DNA of 64,000 nt from Candidatus Woesearchaeota archaeon (GCA_016203395.1 JACQMV010000035.1:415-64414), one strand, 5' to 3'. Shown: positions 30,322-39,978, numbered from the stretch's first letter. The notes: generated by a model from the sequence alone, not told the origin. Translations and numbers: made by a program.

Positions 30322-31670
30322 TTTCTTTCCTCCAAATATTTTTTTGAAACACTTTCAGAAAGTGCTTTAAGCCCCGGACTAATCTCAACACTGTATGCTG
30401 AAGGATTCGTTATTCTAATTATATCACAAGGAAGCAATGAAAGATCGTACTTTGCATACTTCTGAATTTCATCTAAAGATCTTATTCTGTCAGTGCGCTC
30501 TCCTTTTTGTATTACCGGAAAAAGCAACGGGCATCCGGGCACAGCTCCTTCATCTTCAAGCGCAACTGTATCATAATCCATTCCGAGCCGGTTTTCAACC
30601 CTGAACACCTGCTTTCTTCCTGGACGCGTTTGCTTGCCATCGCTGGTCTTCATTTTAGGAACAAAACTGCCATTTTCATATATTTCTACCAGCTTGTAAA
30701 CTCCGCCAATAGCAGGACAATCACGGCTTGTAATCATCTCAGTGCCAACACCATAAGCATCAATCCTTGCTCCTTTACTTTTCATATCTGCAATTTTGTG
30801 TTCATTCAAGTCATTGCTTGCAACTACCATTACATAACCAACGTTATTAGCATCAAACAATGAACGAACTGCCTTGCTTTTCTCAACAAGATCTCTTGAA
30901 TCAAGCCGCACACCACATAACTTGTTACCCTGCATTTCAAGCTCTTTTGCCACAACTATTGCATTTTTAGCACCCTGCATTACATCATAAGTGTCAATAA
31001 GCAGAACAGGATCTGTTGGAAATGTTTTCACGTATTTCCTAAATGCTTCAAGCTCTGAACAGCATGACATTACAAAACTGTGCGCATGAGTCCCTTTCAC
31101 AGGAATCCCAAATAACCTGCCTGCTTCAACATTAGAAGTAGCTGTGCACCCGCCAATATAGCATGCTCTTGCACCATTAATTGCTGCACTTTCATCATGA
31201 GCACGACGAAGCCCAAAATCTATAACTGGAGAAGGATTTGCAGAATGAACAACCCTGCTTGCTTTTGTAGCAATCATTGTCTGAAAATTAAGCTTGTTCA
31301 AAACATAGGTTTCTATGAACTGAGCTTCTTGAAGCGGAGCAGTCACCCTTAACAACGGCTCATTAGGAAAAACAACACTGCCTTCTGGAACTGCCCAAAC
31401 ATCACCAGTAAACCTGAAGCTGCTCAAATAAGAAAGAAAATCTGCTTTAAACTTATTAAGAGAGCCAAGATAGCGAATATCTTCTTCTTCAAAATGCAAG
31501 TCCTTAACATAATTAATCACGTCTTCAAGTCCTGCTGCCAAAAAATAACCCCAGTTTTGAGGCAGTTTTCTGAAAAACATTTCAAAAGTTGCAGTATTAT
31601 TCATCCCATGCTCAAAATAAGAAGCAAGCATGGTAAGCTGATACAAATCAGTAATAAGCGCTTTGCTCAT
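30318..31670 (-). CDS. pncB: Nicotinate phosphoribosyltransferase
   Basis: TDLYQLTM, DFGLRRAH, TSNV, GTHAHS, LIDTYD, VRLDS, SNDLNE, GVYKLVE. Confidence 0.95.
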   Translation of the reverse strand: MSKALITDLYQLTMLASYFEHGMNNTATFEMFFRKLPQNWGYFLAAGLEDVINYVKDLHFEEEDIRYLGSLNKFKADFLSYLSSFRFTGDVWAVPEGSVVFPNEPLLRVTAPLQEAQFIETYVLNKLNFQTMIATKASRVVHSANPSPVIDFGLRRAHDESAAINGARACYIGGCTATSNVEAGRLFGIPVKGTHAHSFVMSCCSELEAFRKYVKTFPTDPVLLIDTYDVMQGAKNAIVVAKELEMQGNKLCGVRLDSRDLVEKSKAVRSLFDANNVGYVMVVASNDLNEHKIADMKSKGARIDAYGVGTEMITSRDCPAIGGVYKLVEIYENGSFVPKMKTSDGKQTRPGRKQVFRVENRLGMDYDTVALEDEGAVPGCPLLFPVIQKGERTDRIRSLDEIQKYAKYDLSLLPCDIIRITNPSAYSVEISPGLKALSESVSKKYLEERK

Positions 31671-32533
31671 GGCTTCTCCGCCACAAGAATCATTGTACTA
31701 TCAGGGAAAGGTTGTGGCACGAGCTTCCCGCCACTTTCTTTGAACAAAACAAAGTTTTTTTCATAATGTGTCATTCTAAGCCAGTCAATAAGGTAAGATT
31801 GCTTATAAACCACGCGGAAACCGAGCTTTTCAAGCTCATTAGCATATTCATTCATACTCCAAAAACCAAAGTGTTCTTTAACCTCAATATCCCAGTTCAC
31901 GTCATAAATGTATTTTGTAAGAAACTCCATGCAATCTGCCCTGCGCAATTTTACAATGTCGCCTTCTTTTTTGTACGGAATCTGATAAGGACCAAAGTCC
32001 TTTGCAAACCTATAAAACTTCTGCAAAACCTCTTCATTCTTGAACGAAAGCCCAACTAAATCATTTTTTGGCTTTACACCATCTCTTATAATCAATCGTC
32101 CGCCCGGCTTTAGCGAATCATACGCATTTTTCAAGCCAGCCCTAACAGCACTTCGGTCATAACCACTGTAAGAATACACCTCATGCAGAACAGAACAAAA
32201 AACAGCAGTGTTTAGCGTGTTCTCAGGAAATTTAGCTTTGATAATATCTGCTTTTTTGAGAATAACTTTTCCAGCATACTTGCGCTGTTCAGCCATGTCA
32301 AGAAGAGTATCAGACAAGTCAACACCAACAACTGTGCTTTCAGGAAAATGAGCAGACAAAAGCTCAAGCACAGCACCATTACCACAACCAAACTCTACAA
32401 TATTCCCCGGAAGAACAAACGCAAGAATTTTTGACTTCTCCTGCATGCTTGCATTCATGTTCTTTGCATACACCTTAAAACCCTGCTCGCCACGATCATA
32501 AATTTCCTGTTCCAATGTCGTTTCCAGTTCCAT
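31667..32533 (-). CDS. Class I SAM-dependent methyltransferase
   Basis: VEFGCGNG, GVDLS, SVLHEVYSY, LKPGGRLIIRDG; start moved to ATG 32533. Confidence 0.85.
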   Translation of the reverse strand: MELETTLEQEIYDRGEQGFKVYAKNMNASMQEKSKILAFVLPGNIVEFGCGNGAVLELLSAHFPESTVVGVDLSDTLLDMAEQRKYAGKVILKKADIIKAKFPENTLNTAVFCSVLHEVYSYSGYDRSAVRAGLKNAYDSLKPGGRLIIRDGVKPKNDLVGLSFKNEEVLQKFYRFAKDFGPYQIPYKKEGDIVKLRRADCMEFLTKYIYDVNWDIEVKEHFGFWSMNEYANELEKLGFRVVYKQSYLIDWLRMTHYEKNFVLFKESGGKLVPQPFPDSTMILVAEKP

Positions 32534-32586
32534 AACGCGAATAATGATGCCAAACATAAGAGACTTATGTATATACAACTAAAAAA

Positions 32587-32615
32587 ATGTACATAATGTA
32601 TTGAAAAGATACATA
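32587..32615. promoter_or_regulatory. Putative operator, copy 1 (divergent nadE / methyltransferase-pncB promoter)
   Basis: ATGTACATAATGTATTGAAAAGATACATA; 24/29 identical to 35871-35899. Confidence 0.6.
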
Positions 32616-32639
32616 TTATAAGCACATAATACTGGTGAC

Positions 32640-34322
32640 ATGAACAAATACCCAAGAATAGCAATAGCCCAGATAAATCCGATAGTAGGCGACCTTACAG
32701 GAAATGCGACTAAAATAATACAGTATATAGAAAGAGCAAAAGCAGAAGGTGCAAAAGTGGTCATATTCCCTGAACAGGTAGTGACTGGCTATCCTGCACA
32801 AGACCTTCTCCTGCATGAAGACTTCATCAGAGACACAATGTATGTTACTGAACAAATCGTCAAAAACACGCAAGGGATAACTGCAATAATCGGAACAGTA
32901 AGAGCAACTGCCCGTGGTCCCGGAGGAAAATCCGCGTATAACACTGCAATTGTTGCAAAAGATGGAGAGATAATTGCAGAACAGCAAAAAACATTACTAC
33001 CAACATACGATGTATTCCACGAACTAAGATACTTTACTCCTGCAAAAAAAGTAAAGCCAATAGAAATTGACGGAATAAAATATGGCATACAATTATGCGA
33101 GGACATGTGGGATGAGGATTATGACAGAAAAATAACCAAGGAACTTGCAAACCAGGGCGCTGAGCTGATGATAAATCTGTCTGCTTCTCCATACTATGTG
33201 CACAAGAAAAAGGTAAGAACCAAAATAGTGCAAAGTCACGCCAAAAATAATGAACTGCCTTTTCTGTATATCAACATGGTCGGAGCACAAGATGAATTAA
33301 TATTTGATGGAGGAAGTATTGTTGCAAATGCAGACGGAACACTGGCATACCAGCTACCGCAATTCAGAGAATGCCTGCAAATCATTGAGCTGGACAAAAA
33401 ACCAATAACTGAACTGGAAATAAAAATAAAGGAAGAGGAAATCTTTGAAGCACTAAAACTCGGAGTGAGAGATTACTTCCAAAAAAATGGGCTCAGAAAA
33501 GCAGTATTAGGATTATCTGGAGGCATTGACTCAACACTCACCGCAGTAATAGCAAAAGAAGCACTTGGTGCAGAAAACGTAATAGGAATAGCAATGCCTT
33601 CCAAATTCAGCACAGACCATTCAATAACTGATGCAGAAGCACTTGCAAAAAATCTTGGAATACGACTGGATTATGTGCCTATAAAAGAAATGTATGATTC
33701 TGCTGTGAAAGCCATGCAAGCTTCATTTGAAGGAAAATCGTTTGATGTCACTGAAGAAAATATACAAGCAAGATTAAGAATGATGATACTAATGGCATAC
33801 ACGAACAAACACGGGTACACTCTGCTAAGCACTTCTGACAAGAGCGAAACTGCTATAGGATACACAACACTTTACGGAGACATGAGCGGGGCGCTCTCAG
33901 TAATAAGCGACCTCACAAAACCCGAAGCATATAAAGTCGCAAGATGGTACAATGAAAAAAACGGAGAAATTATACCTGAACACATTCTTACAAAGCCACC
34001 AAGCCCTGAACTCAAACCAGGACAAGTAGCTCCATTTGATTACGAAAGATTAAGCCCTATAATGGAACTAATAACCAACAGAGTCCCACTAAGAAAAATA
34101 CACGCACTTGGTTACAAGTGGGATGAAATAAGAATAGTGTACCAGAAATGGAAAAATGCTGAATTCAAAAGATTCCAGTCACCAATTGCACTGAAATGCA
34201 AACCAACAAGCTTTGGCAAAGGAAGGATATACCCTGTAACAAACAGATACATTCCATCTGCATTGTTTGAAAATGATGAAGAAAAGATTGAGTGCGAAGA
34301 AACAGTGTGCGTTTTGAAATAA
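32640..34322 (+). CDS. nadE: Glutamine-dependent NAD+ synthetase
   Basis: Nitrilase domain (FPEQ, KTLLPTYDVF-E-RYF, CEDMW) fused to synthetase domain (LGLSGGIDS, ENIQARLR, DKSE, YTTLYGD, KPPSPEL). Confidence 0.96.
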   Translation: MNKYPRIAIAQINPIVGDLTGNATKIIQYIERAKAEGAKVVIFPEQVVTGYPAQDLLLHEDFIRDTMYVTEQIVKNTQGITAIIGTVRATARGPGGKSAYNTAIVAKDGEIIAEQQKTLLPTYDVFHELRYFTPAKKVKPIEIDGIKYGIQLCEDMWDEDYDRKITKELANQGAELMINLSASPYYVHKKKVRTKIVQSHAKNNELPFLYINMVGAQDELIFDGGSIVANADGTLAYQLPQFRECLQIIELDKKPITELEIKIKEEEIFEALKLGVRDYFQKNGLRKAVLGLSGGIDSTLTAVIAKEALGAENVIGIAMPSKFSTDHSITDAEALAKNLGIRLDYVPIKEMYDSAVKAMQASFEGKSFDVTEENIQARLRMMILMAYTNKHGYTLLSTSDKSETAIGYTTLYGDMSGALSVISDLTKPEAYKVARWYNEKNGEIIPEHILTKPPSPELKPGQVAPFDYERLSPIMELITNRVPLRKIHALGYKWDEIRIVYQKWKNAEFKRFQSPIALKCKPTSFGKGRIYPVTNRYIPSALFENDEEKIECEETVCVLK

Positions 34323-34360
34323 AGAAAATCCACTACTGGTTTGTGCAAATATTCTCCTGA

Positions 34361-34680
34361 GACTGCCAATACTTGTCAAAAAAGGTGTTGTTATTTTTCC
34401 ACAGCCCTTGTGGCTTGATGAGTAGTTTGAAGGTATTTGGTTTTGTTGCTATACTTAGCCCTTACCATGTGCTTGCGACTGCCAATACTTATTAAAGAAT
34501 GTGTTGTTATTTCCTAGCAGCCCTTGTGGCTTGGCTCATGATTTGAACGCTTTTTGTTTTGTTGTCATACTCCGCCCTTACATTTTGTTTGCGTTGTGTT
34601 TGCAACCGGCTGCAACAAATGGTATTGCTCTTGTCAATAAAACTGCTAATTGCGTTAAAGTTCACAGTCAGAGCACAAGG
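34361..34680 (-). repeat. Dispersed intergenic repeat, long copy in reverse orientation with an internal tandem duplication
   Basis: Two units start GACTGCCAATACTT (34361, 34477); ends TTGCGTTAAAGTTCACAGTCAGAGCACA, the reverse complement of the core; TATTTTTAGCA at 34867. Confidence 0.88.
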
Positions 34681-34917
34681 ACTGTAGGGCAAATATGCCA
34701 TTTGTTTAGCGTATTCTTAGCAAGGGCTGTGGGATTAATACATTACCAAATCAGGTTATTTTTAGGGAAGCAACAACTGGTATTGCTTATGACGATGAGC
34801 GTGTCTGATTGCAGTAAGAATTAATACTGGAGCACAAGAGCAGCATTGCAGATATTTTGTTCAGAGTATTTTTAGCAACTGCAGAAAACATCAAAAATTC
34901 CTTGCGCTTGTTATAGG

Positions 34918-35829
34918 TTACTCTTCAACCTGAGGTAACAGAAGAATCTCTGCTAACTGAATAACCTTCTCAATAATACTTCTAAGATAGAATGTTTTAC
35001 TGGTTTCTTTTGCAAAAAACTCATAAACAGGAGCAGCAACCTTTTTTGTTCCGGGCCAGTACAGGTAATACTGGCTGAAAAACTCCTGAATGCCCCTGTT
35101 TTTCTGAAAGTGTGATTCGTATAGCAATCTGAGCAAGGAAGAGCAATGCTCAACACCCTTTTTCAATTTGGCGCTTTCAGAATAGTTCTGGAGCTCAATA
35201 GTAAACCTTGTAATGTCATCGCCACATTCCTCAAGAACGAGAAGTGCATGAAAAAAATGAAGTTCAGCAAATCTGTCATTAACATAGCCCTGAGCAATCA
35301 TGCGAATGGAAAGATTAACTAACGCATTAAGGTCAGCATCACGATGAAAAAATGTTTTTAATGCGTTTTTGTCACCAAGTATTTCTTTCAAGTCATCTAG
35401 CTGCTGAAGCAGAATAAGAAAAACCCGCCTGAATAAACCGTTGAAGTCCTGTTCAAGCTCTGTTGGCAGAGAGCGGATAAGGCATCTGCCACGCTTGTTT
35501 TCCATAATCGCAAAGCCGAGAAGATTTCGGACAACTGTTGCAATGTTTTGATATTCTTCAGACGTTTCATACAAAACAACAACTTCTGAATACCCCCTTC
35601 TGTACACCGTTGTGAGAACACTCACAGTAGAGGGCCAGTCGTGTGATTTAAGATTAATTGTCAACGATTTCTTCCTCTCAGAATGGCTGGAAGTTATTCT
35701 CAATCCTTGTTCATCTTCATCTATGTTAAGCGTGTCGCCTTTCTGCAGCTCATGTTTTTTAATCCATTTGTGAGGCAGGGCTATTGTCAAAGAAGAAGGC
35801 CCGTGCGCAATAAGCTTTCTCACCTGCAT
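34918..35829 (-). CDS. AbrB/MazE-type DNA-binding + PhoU-like regulator
   Basis: RKLIAHGPSSLTIALPHKWIK---L-KGD AbrB domain; Y--GY-E, FRRVF and LEECGD PhoU-like helices. Confidence 0.85.
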   Translation of the reverse strand: MQVRKLIAHGPSSLTIALPHKWIKKHELQKGDTLNIDEDEQGLRITSSHSERKKSLTINLKSHDWPSTVSVLTTVYRRGYSEVVVLYETSEEYQNIATVVRNLLGFAIMENKRGRCLIRSLPTELEQDFNGLFRRVFLILLQQLDDLKEILGDKNALKTFFHRDADLNALVNLSIRMIAQGYVNDRFAELHFFHALLVLEECGDDITRFTIELQNYSESAKLKKGVEHCSSLLRLLYESHFQKNRGIQEFFSQYYLYWPGTKKVAAPVYEFFAKETSKTFYLRSIIEKVIQLAEILLLPQVEE

Positions 35830-35870
35830 AATGCGTGAATAATTACTTGCTATATATACTTTTCGGTTTT

Positions 35871-35899
35871 ATGTACATTATTGACCGAAAAGATACATA
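35871..35899. promoter_or_regulatory. Putative operator, copy 2 (divergent regulator / NMNAT promoter)
   Basis: ATGTACATTATTGACCGAAAAGATACATA, overlapping the inverted repeat CTTTTCGGT...ACCGAAAAG. Confidence 0.6.
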
Positions 35900-35924
35900 A
35901 CAACAACAAAGATACATCTGGGCT

Positions 35925-36473
35925 ATGAAAGACCTCGGAGTTGTGGGGACTGTGGCAAGATTCAAGCCAGTGCATAAGGGCCATGCGGCAGTGCTTGAGG
36001 CGATATGCGAGAGAGCGGACAGAGCAATAATTGGGCTGGGAAGCACTAATAAATATGATGTGAACAACCCATTCACTGCGCAAGAAAGCAGAGAAATGAT
36101 AGGGATTGTGCTGAAACGATTCAATAATTATACGATTATAGAAATCCCTGATTTGGATCATGGGCCAAGATGGAGAGAACAGGTTTTGAAAGCGTTTGGA
36201 AAACTAGATAATTTTGTGACAGCAAATGATTATGTTGCAAGATTACTGAAACATGATTATAATATACTACACACACTCACGATTATTCCCGGAGAGAAGA
36301 GATTCCCTGTAACCGGCACAATAGTGCGGTATACAATGGCCTGCTTCTCTCCATGGGAACGCCTTGTTCCTGAGCAAGTTGCTGATTACATAAAAACAAG
36401 AAAGCTTGATGAGCGCTTCAGAAGAGAGTTCGGCCAGACAGCTATCCGCGAATATGCAGGGGTGGCTGTATGA
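35925..36473 (+). CDS. NMN adenylyltransferase-like (NadM-type) nucleotidyltransferase
   Basis: ARFKPVHKGH (HxGH), IGLGS, NPFT--E---MI, IPD, VTGT-VR, W--LVP. Confidence 0.85.
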   Translation: MKDLGVVGTVARFKPVHKGHAAVLEAICERADRAIIGLGSTNKYDVNNPFTAQESREMIGIVLKRFNNYTIIEIPDLDHGPRWREQVLKAFGKLDNFVTANDYVARLLKHDYNILHTLTIIPGEKRFPVTGTIVRYTMACFSPWERLVPEQVADYIKTRKLDERFRREFGQTAIREYAGVAV

Positions 36474-37231
36474 GAATAGGAAATTATGAAATAATCAGAC
36501 AAATAGGCGAAGGCGGATTTGGAAGAACGTACGAAGCAAGACATGTCTGCCTTGATGAACGTGCTTGCCTGAAACAAAACATAAACCTGACAGATAAAGA
36601 TGCTGAATTATTAAAACAGGAAGCGAAACTGTTGTGGCAGATACATCATCATTCGCTGCCGGCAGTGAGAGATTTTTTCAAAGCAGCTGACGGAAGCTAC
36701 ATCCTTGCAATGAGCTTTATAGAAGGAAAATCTCTTGATAAGATAATAGAAAAGCACAAAGCACTCCACCCTGAAGAAGTTTGTTGGATATCACAGCGCT
36801 TGCTTAATGCATTGTATTATTTGCACAGCAAAGGCGTTGTGCATTGCGATGTCAAACCACCGAACATTATTGTAAAAGGCAAAGAACATGAGGCCTGGCT
36901 GATAGATTATGGGCTAGCATGCCTTCGCCCCACAAGAACATCAAAAGCAGTTGGCTACACTGCAATATTTGCAGCACCTGAAGTAATTGACGGAAAACCG
37001 CCAATACCTGAAAGCGACATATATGGACTGGGCTTAACAATGATATATGCCTTAGGTGGCGATCCAATATCAAAAATAATGCCGGACTTTGTGCCAGCAC
37101 AACTCCAGGAATTTTTCACAGAAATGGTAAGATATGACCCTGCACAACGCTTGTCGTGGGAAAAAGGGGATTTGGTATCACGGTTGTCCACAATACGCAA
37201 AGAGGTGTTTGGAAGGACAATAACAAAATAA
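36470..37231 (+). CDS. Hanks-type Ser/Thr protein kinase (stand-alone catalytic domain)
   Basis: IGEGGFG, CLK, HCDVKPPN, IDYG, APE, SDIYGLG. Confidence 0.93.
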   Translation: MRIGNYEIIRQIGEGGFGRTYEARHVCLDERACLKQNINLTDKDAELLKQEAKLLWQIHHHSLPAVRDFFKAADGSYILAMSFIEGKSLDKIIEKHKALHPEEVCWISQRLLNALYYLHSKGVVHCDVKPPNIIVKGKEHEAWLIDYGLACLRPTRTSKAVGYTAIFAAPEVIDGKPPIPESDIYGLGLTMIYALGGDPISKIMPDFVPAQLQEFFTEMVRYDPAQRLSWEKGDLVSRLSTIRKEVFGRTITK

Positions 37232-37247
37232 CGGAGGACTGAGAAAA

Positions 37248-38216
37248 ATGTACAGCTGGGGAGATGACAGAAGCGCATGGAAAAATCCAAAGGCATACGA
37301 CTTTGGAAGCGCAAAAAAGGCATATGTTGATAAAGTTGGAAAAAGCGCAGGAAGCGCTCCAAGAACATACCTTGAGAAGACAAAACCGAAACTTGAGCTC
37401 GTTGATCCGCTCAATAGGGAAGTAGCAACAGATAGCGAAGAGCCAGTGATAATTGCAGTGGATGGGACAGGAAGCATGCAGTCATGGCCTGCAGAAATAT
37501 TTGACAGACTGCCATTATTATGCCAGACAGTGGGCGGCTGGAAGCAAAACGCAGAAATCAGTTTTGCAGTGCTCGGAGACGCATTCATTGACAACTGGCC
37601 ATTGCAAGTCACTGATTTTGGAAAAGGACCATCTTTGGATAAATTACTCGACGCGCTCAAACCAGAAGGCGGAGGAGGCGGAGGAGCAAGAGAAAGTTAT
37701 GAATTATTCGCATACTTCGTGAGCGAACATGTCAAAACACCAAAAGCAACCTCTCCATTTTTGTTCATAATGGGAGATGAGGGCTTTTACGACCTAATCC
37801 GCAAGGACCAAGCAAAAACTTACATAGGCGACACACTGGACGAGGATGTAAACGCTAAGAAAACAATTGATGCATTATGCCAGAGATTTGACGTGTATCT
37901 GCTGCGAAAGCAATATTCAAATGTAGAAAAAGACAAACAAATACGCGCACAATGGGCTGATGCAATCGGAGACCAAAGAATCATACCTGTAACAGACCCT
38001 CAAAGAATTGTAGATGTAACAATGGGATTGATTGCCAAAAAATGGGGACAGTATGATGATTTCAAAGCAAATCTGAGTGCAAGACAAGACAGTGGGAGCA
38101 TAAAAACAGTGATGGACTCACTGAGAGCAGCTCCTGAGATTGACAAAACCATGAAATCAAAGGTTACAGGGGCAATACTGTCAAAAAAGAGCAAAGCACT
38201 GGAGGTGACAGAATGA
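37248..38216 (+). CDS. vWA-domain protein
   Basis: MIDAS IIAVDGTGSM, EGGGGGG--ESYEL, FIMGDE; GGAGG before ATG. Confidence 0.82.
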   Translation: MYSWGDDRSAWKNPKAYDFGSAKKAYVDKVGKSAGSAPRTYLEKTKPKLELVDPLNREVATDSEEPVIIAVDGTGSMQSWPAEIFDRLPLLCQTVGGWKQNAEISFAVLGDAFIDNWPLQVTDFGKGPSLDKLLDALKPEGGGGGGARESYELFAYFVSEHVKTPKATSPFLFIMGDEGFYDLIRKDQAKTYIGDTLDEDVNAKKTIDALCQRFDVYLLRKQYSNVEKDKQIRAQWADAIGDQRIIPVTDPQRIVDVTMGLIAKKWGQYDDFKANLSARQDSGSIKTVMDSLRAAPEIDKTMKSKVTGAILSKKSKALEVTE

Positions 38217-39076
38217 AAAGCGCATACGCAACATCAGGAAAAATCTTTGAGCAGGTGAGCATGTACAATTCACCTGCACTGCTGGATCAATTAAGAGCCA
38301 TACCACAGGGGGACATAGTTGTTGTTCAGGGGACATACGACCACATAGAACAACTGCTTCCGACAATTAAAGTGCCTTTTGAGCTGATACAACCAGACGA
38401 AATCAAAAAGCACAATGGAGGCAGAGTAATGTTTGTAAACTGCAGAACGTATGGAGATGGAAATGCAGTTGAAGGCGCTGCAAGATTTGTGGAAGAGGGC
38501 GGGCGATTAGTCACAACTGATTGGGCAGTATCTTTGGCAACAAGAGCGTTTCCCGGAAAACTCTCAAAAGTAAATGAAACAACTGATGATGTTGTGGAAA
38601 TACAATGCCACACTGATATTGCCAGACGGTTCGTAGGACTGAACTATGCACAATGCCATCCGAAATGGTGGTTGGAATCAAGCAGCCATATTTACACAAT
38701 AAAAAACGGAGTAACACCGTTAATAACAAGCGAGGAAATGAAAGAAAAATATGGGCAGCCATACGTTCTCGTCGGTTTCGGAGCAGGCAAAGGAGAAGTA
38801 TTCCACTTCATCAGCCATCTGGAACTTCAAAGAACACAACTGAGAAACAAACAAGACAAAGCTGGCTTAGAAGCATTCCTTGAAAAAATGGGTGCATCAA
38901 AAACAGCAGAAATGGATGATGCAACAGTGGCAGAACTTGAAGCAGCGTATTCAACACTGAATACACTTGCGCACTTGTGCTCTCCCACACCAATATTAAA
39001 TGCAGGAATGAAAAGCGCAACAACGCTCCCAACAACAGGTGCAACAGCAAGCGCAAAAAGCAAGAGATTAGTATGA
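38213..39076 (+). CDS. Hypothetical protein, class I glutamine-amidotransferase-like fold suspected
   Basis: VV-GTYDHIE, VMFVNC, FVEEGG-LVTTDWA, G-GEVFH; ATGA-coupled to both neighbours. Confidence 0.6.
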   Translation: MKSAYATSGKIFEQVSMYNSPALLDQLRAIPQGDIVVVQGTYDHIEQLLPTIKVPFELIQPDEIKKHNGGRVMFVNCRTYGDGNAVEGAARFVEEGGRLVTTDWAVSLATRAFPGKLSKVNETTDDVVEIQCHTDIARRFVGLNYAQCHPKWWLESSSHIYTIKNGVTPLITSEEMKEKYGQPYVLVGFGAGKGEVFHFISHLELQRTQLRNKQDKAGLEAFLEKMGASKTAEMDDATVAELEAAYSTLNTLAHLCSPTPILNAGMKSATTLPTTGATASAKSKRLV

Positions 39077-39972
39077 ATGCAATAGTAACCGTACCGCCAT
39101 ATGCGCCATTTATCAAAGAAGTAGCAAAACACCCTGTTGTAAGCGGACTGCGACTGAACACAGTAATGCCTGTGAAAGAGCCATTAGAAGAACTGCTCAA
39201 GCGACTGCAGGATCATGGAAAAACAGTATGGCTAGACCTAAAAGCACGACAGCTCCGCACAAAAGGGTATTCTGTTGCTCCGTTTACTGAAGTTCACATA
39301 AGCCACAAAATAAGTGTGAAAACTCCAGTAACTGCATATTTTGGCAATGGCAGAGAACACGCAACAGTAGTAGGTGTTGAAGGAAGCAGGTTGTTGTTTC
39401 TTGAAGGACCACAACGAGTAATAGGACCCGGGGAGTCAATAAACATTCCTGAGCCCTCTCTTGTCATATACGGTGGGCTCACAAGAAGAGACCTGCAATA
39501 TATTGAAGCAGCAGCAAAAACAGGAATACACGAATACATGCTTTCGTATGTTGAAAACCAAGATGATATTGACGGACTAAAAAAGCTTGACGATAAAGCA
39601 TGCATTGCTGCAAAAATAGAATCAATCAAAGGAATGGATTACGTTAGAAATTCCTACAAGAATGACGCGAGATTAATGACTGCGAGAGGAGATTTGTTTG
39701 TGGAAGTAAAAAGACCCCATAACATACTTGAAGCAATAGAAACAATAATCCAAAATGATCCAGAAGCAATAGCTGCCTCAAGAATCTTATCCTCGCTAGC
39801 AACATCCCTTGAGCCAGAATGCAATGACATAACTGATGTTGGCTACTTAATAAGCAAAGGATACAAAACCTTTATGCTGGGAGACGAAGTCTGCCTGAGA
39901 AGGGAAAGCGTGATAAGTGCACTAAACCTTTTAGAAGCAATATTTGACAGGTATGAAAAGAAAAGCATTTAG
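39073..39972 (+). CDS. Pyruvate kinase-like protein (barrel and B domain only, no C-terminal regulatory domain)
   Basis: GLRLN, WLDLK-RQLR, LSYVE, AKIES--G, MTARGDLFVE, MLGDE. Confidence 0.8.
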   Translation: MNAIVTVPPYAPFIKEVAKHPVVSGLRLNTVMPVKEPLEELLKRLQDHGKTVWLDLKARQLRTKGYSVAPFTEVHISHKISVKTPVTAYFGNGREHATVVGVEGSRLLFLEGPQRVIGPGESINIPEPSLVIYGGLTRRDLQYIEAAAKTGIHEYMLSYVENQDDIDGLKKLDDKACIAAKIESIKGMDYVRNSYKNDARLMTARGDLFVEVKRPHNILEAIETIIQNDPEAIAASRILSSLATSLEPECNDITDVGYLISKGYKTFMLGDEVCLRRESVISALNLLEAIFDRYEKKSI

Positions 39973-39978
39973 TGACTT

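Noticed and set aside
34501-34824. 107-aa ORF within the repeat copy (repeat as a peptide-coding unit)
   Set aside because: Indels between copies break the frame; no common ORF seen across copies
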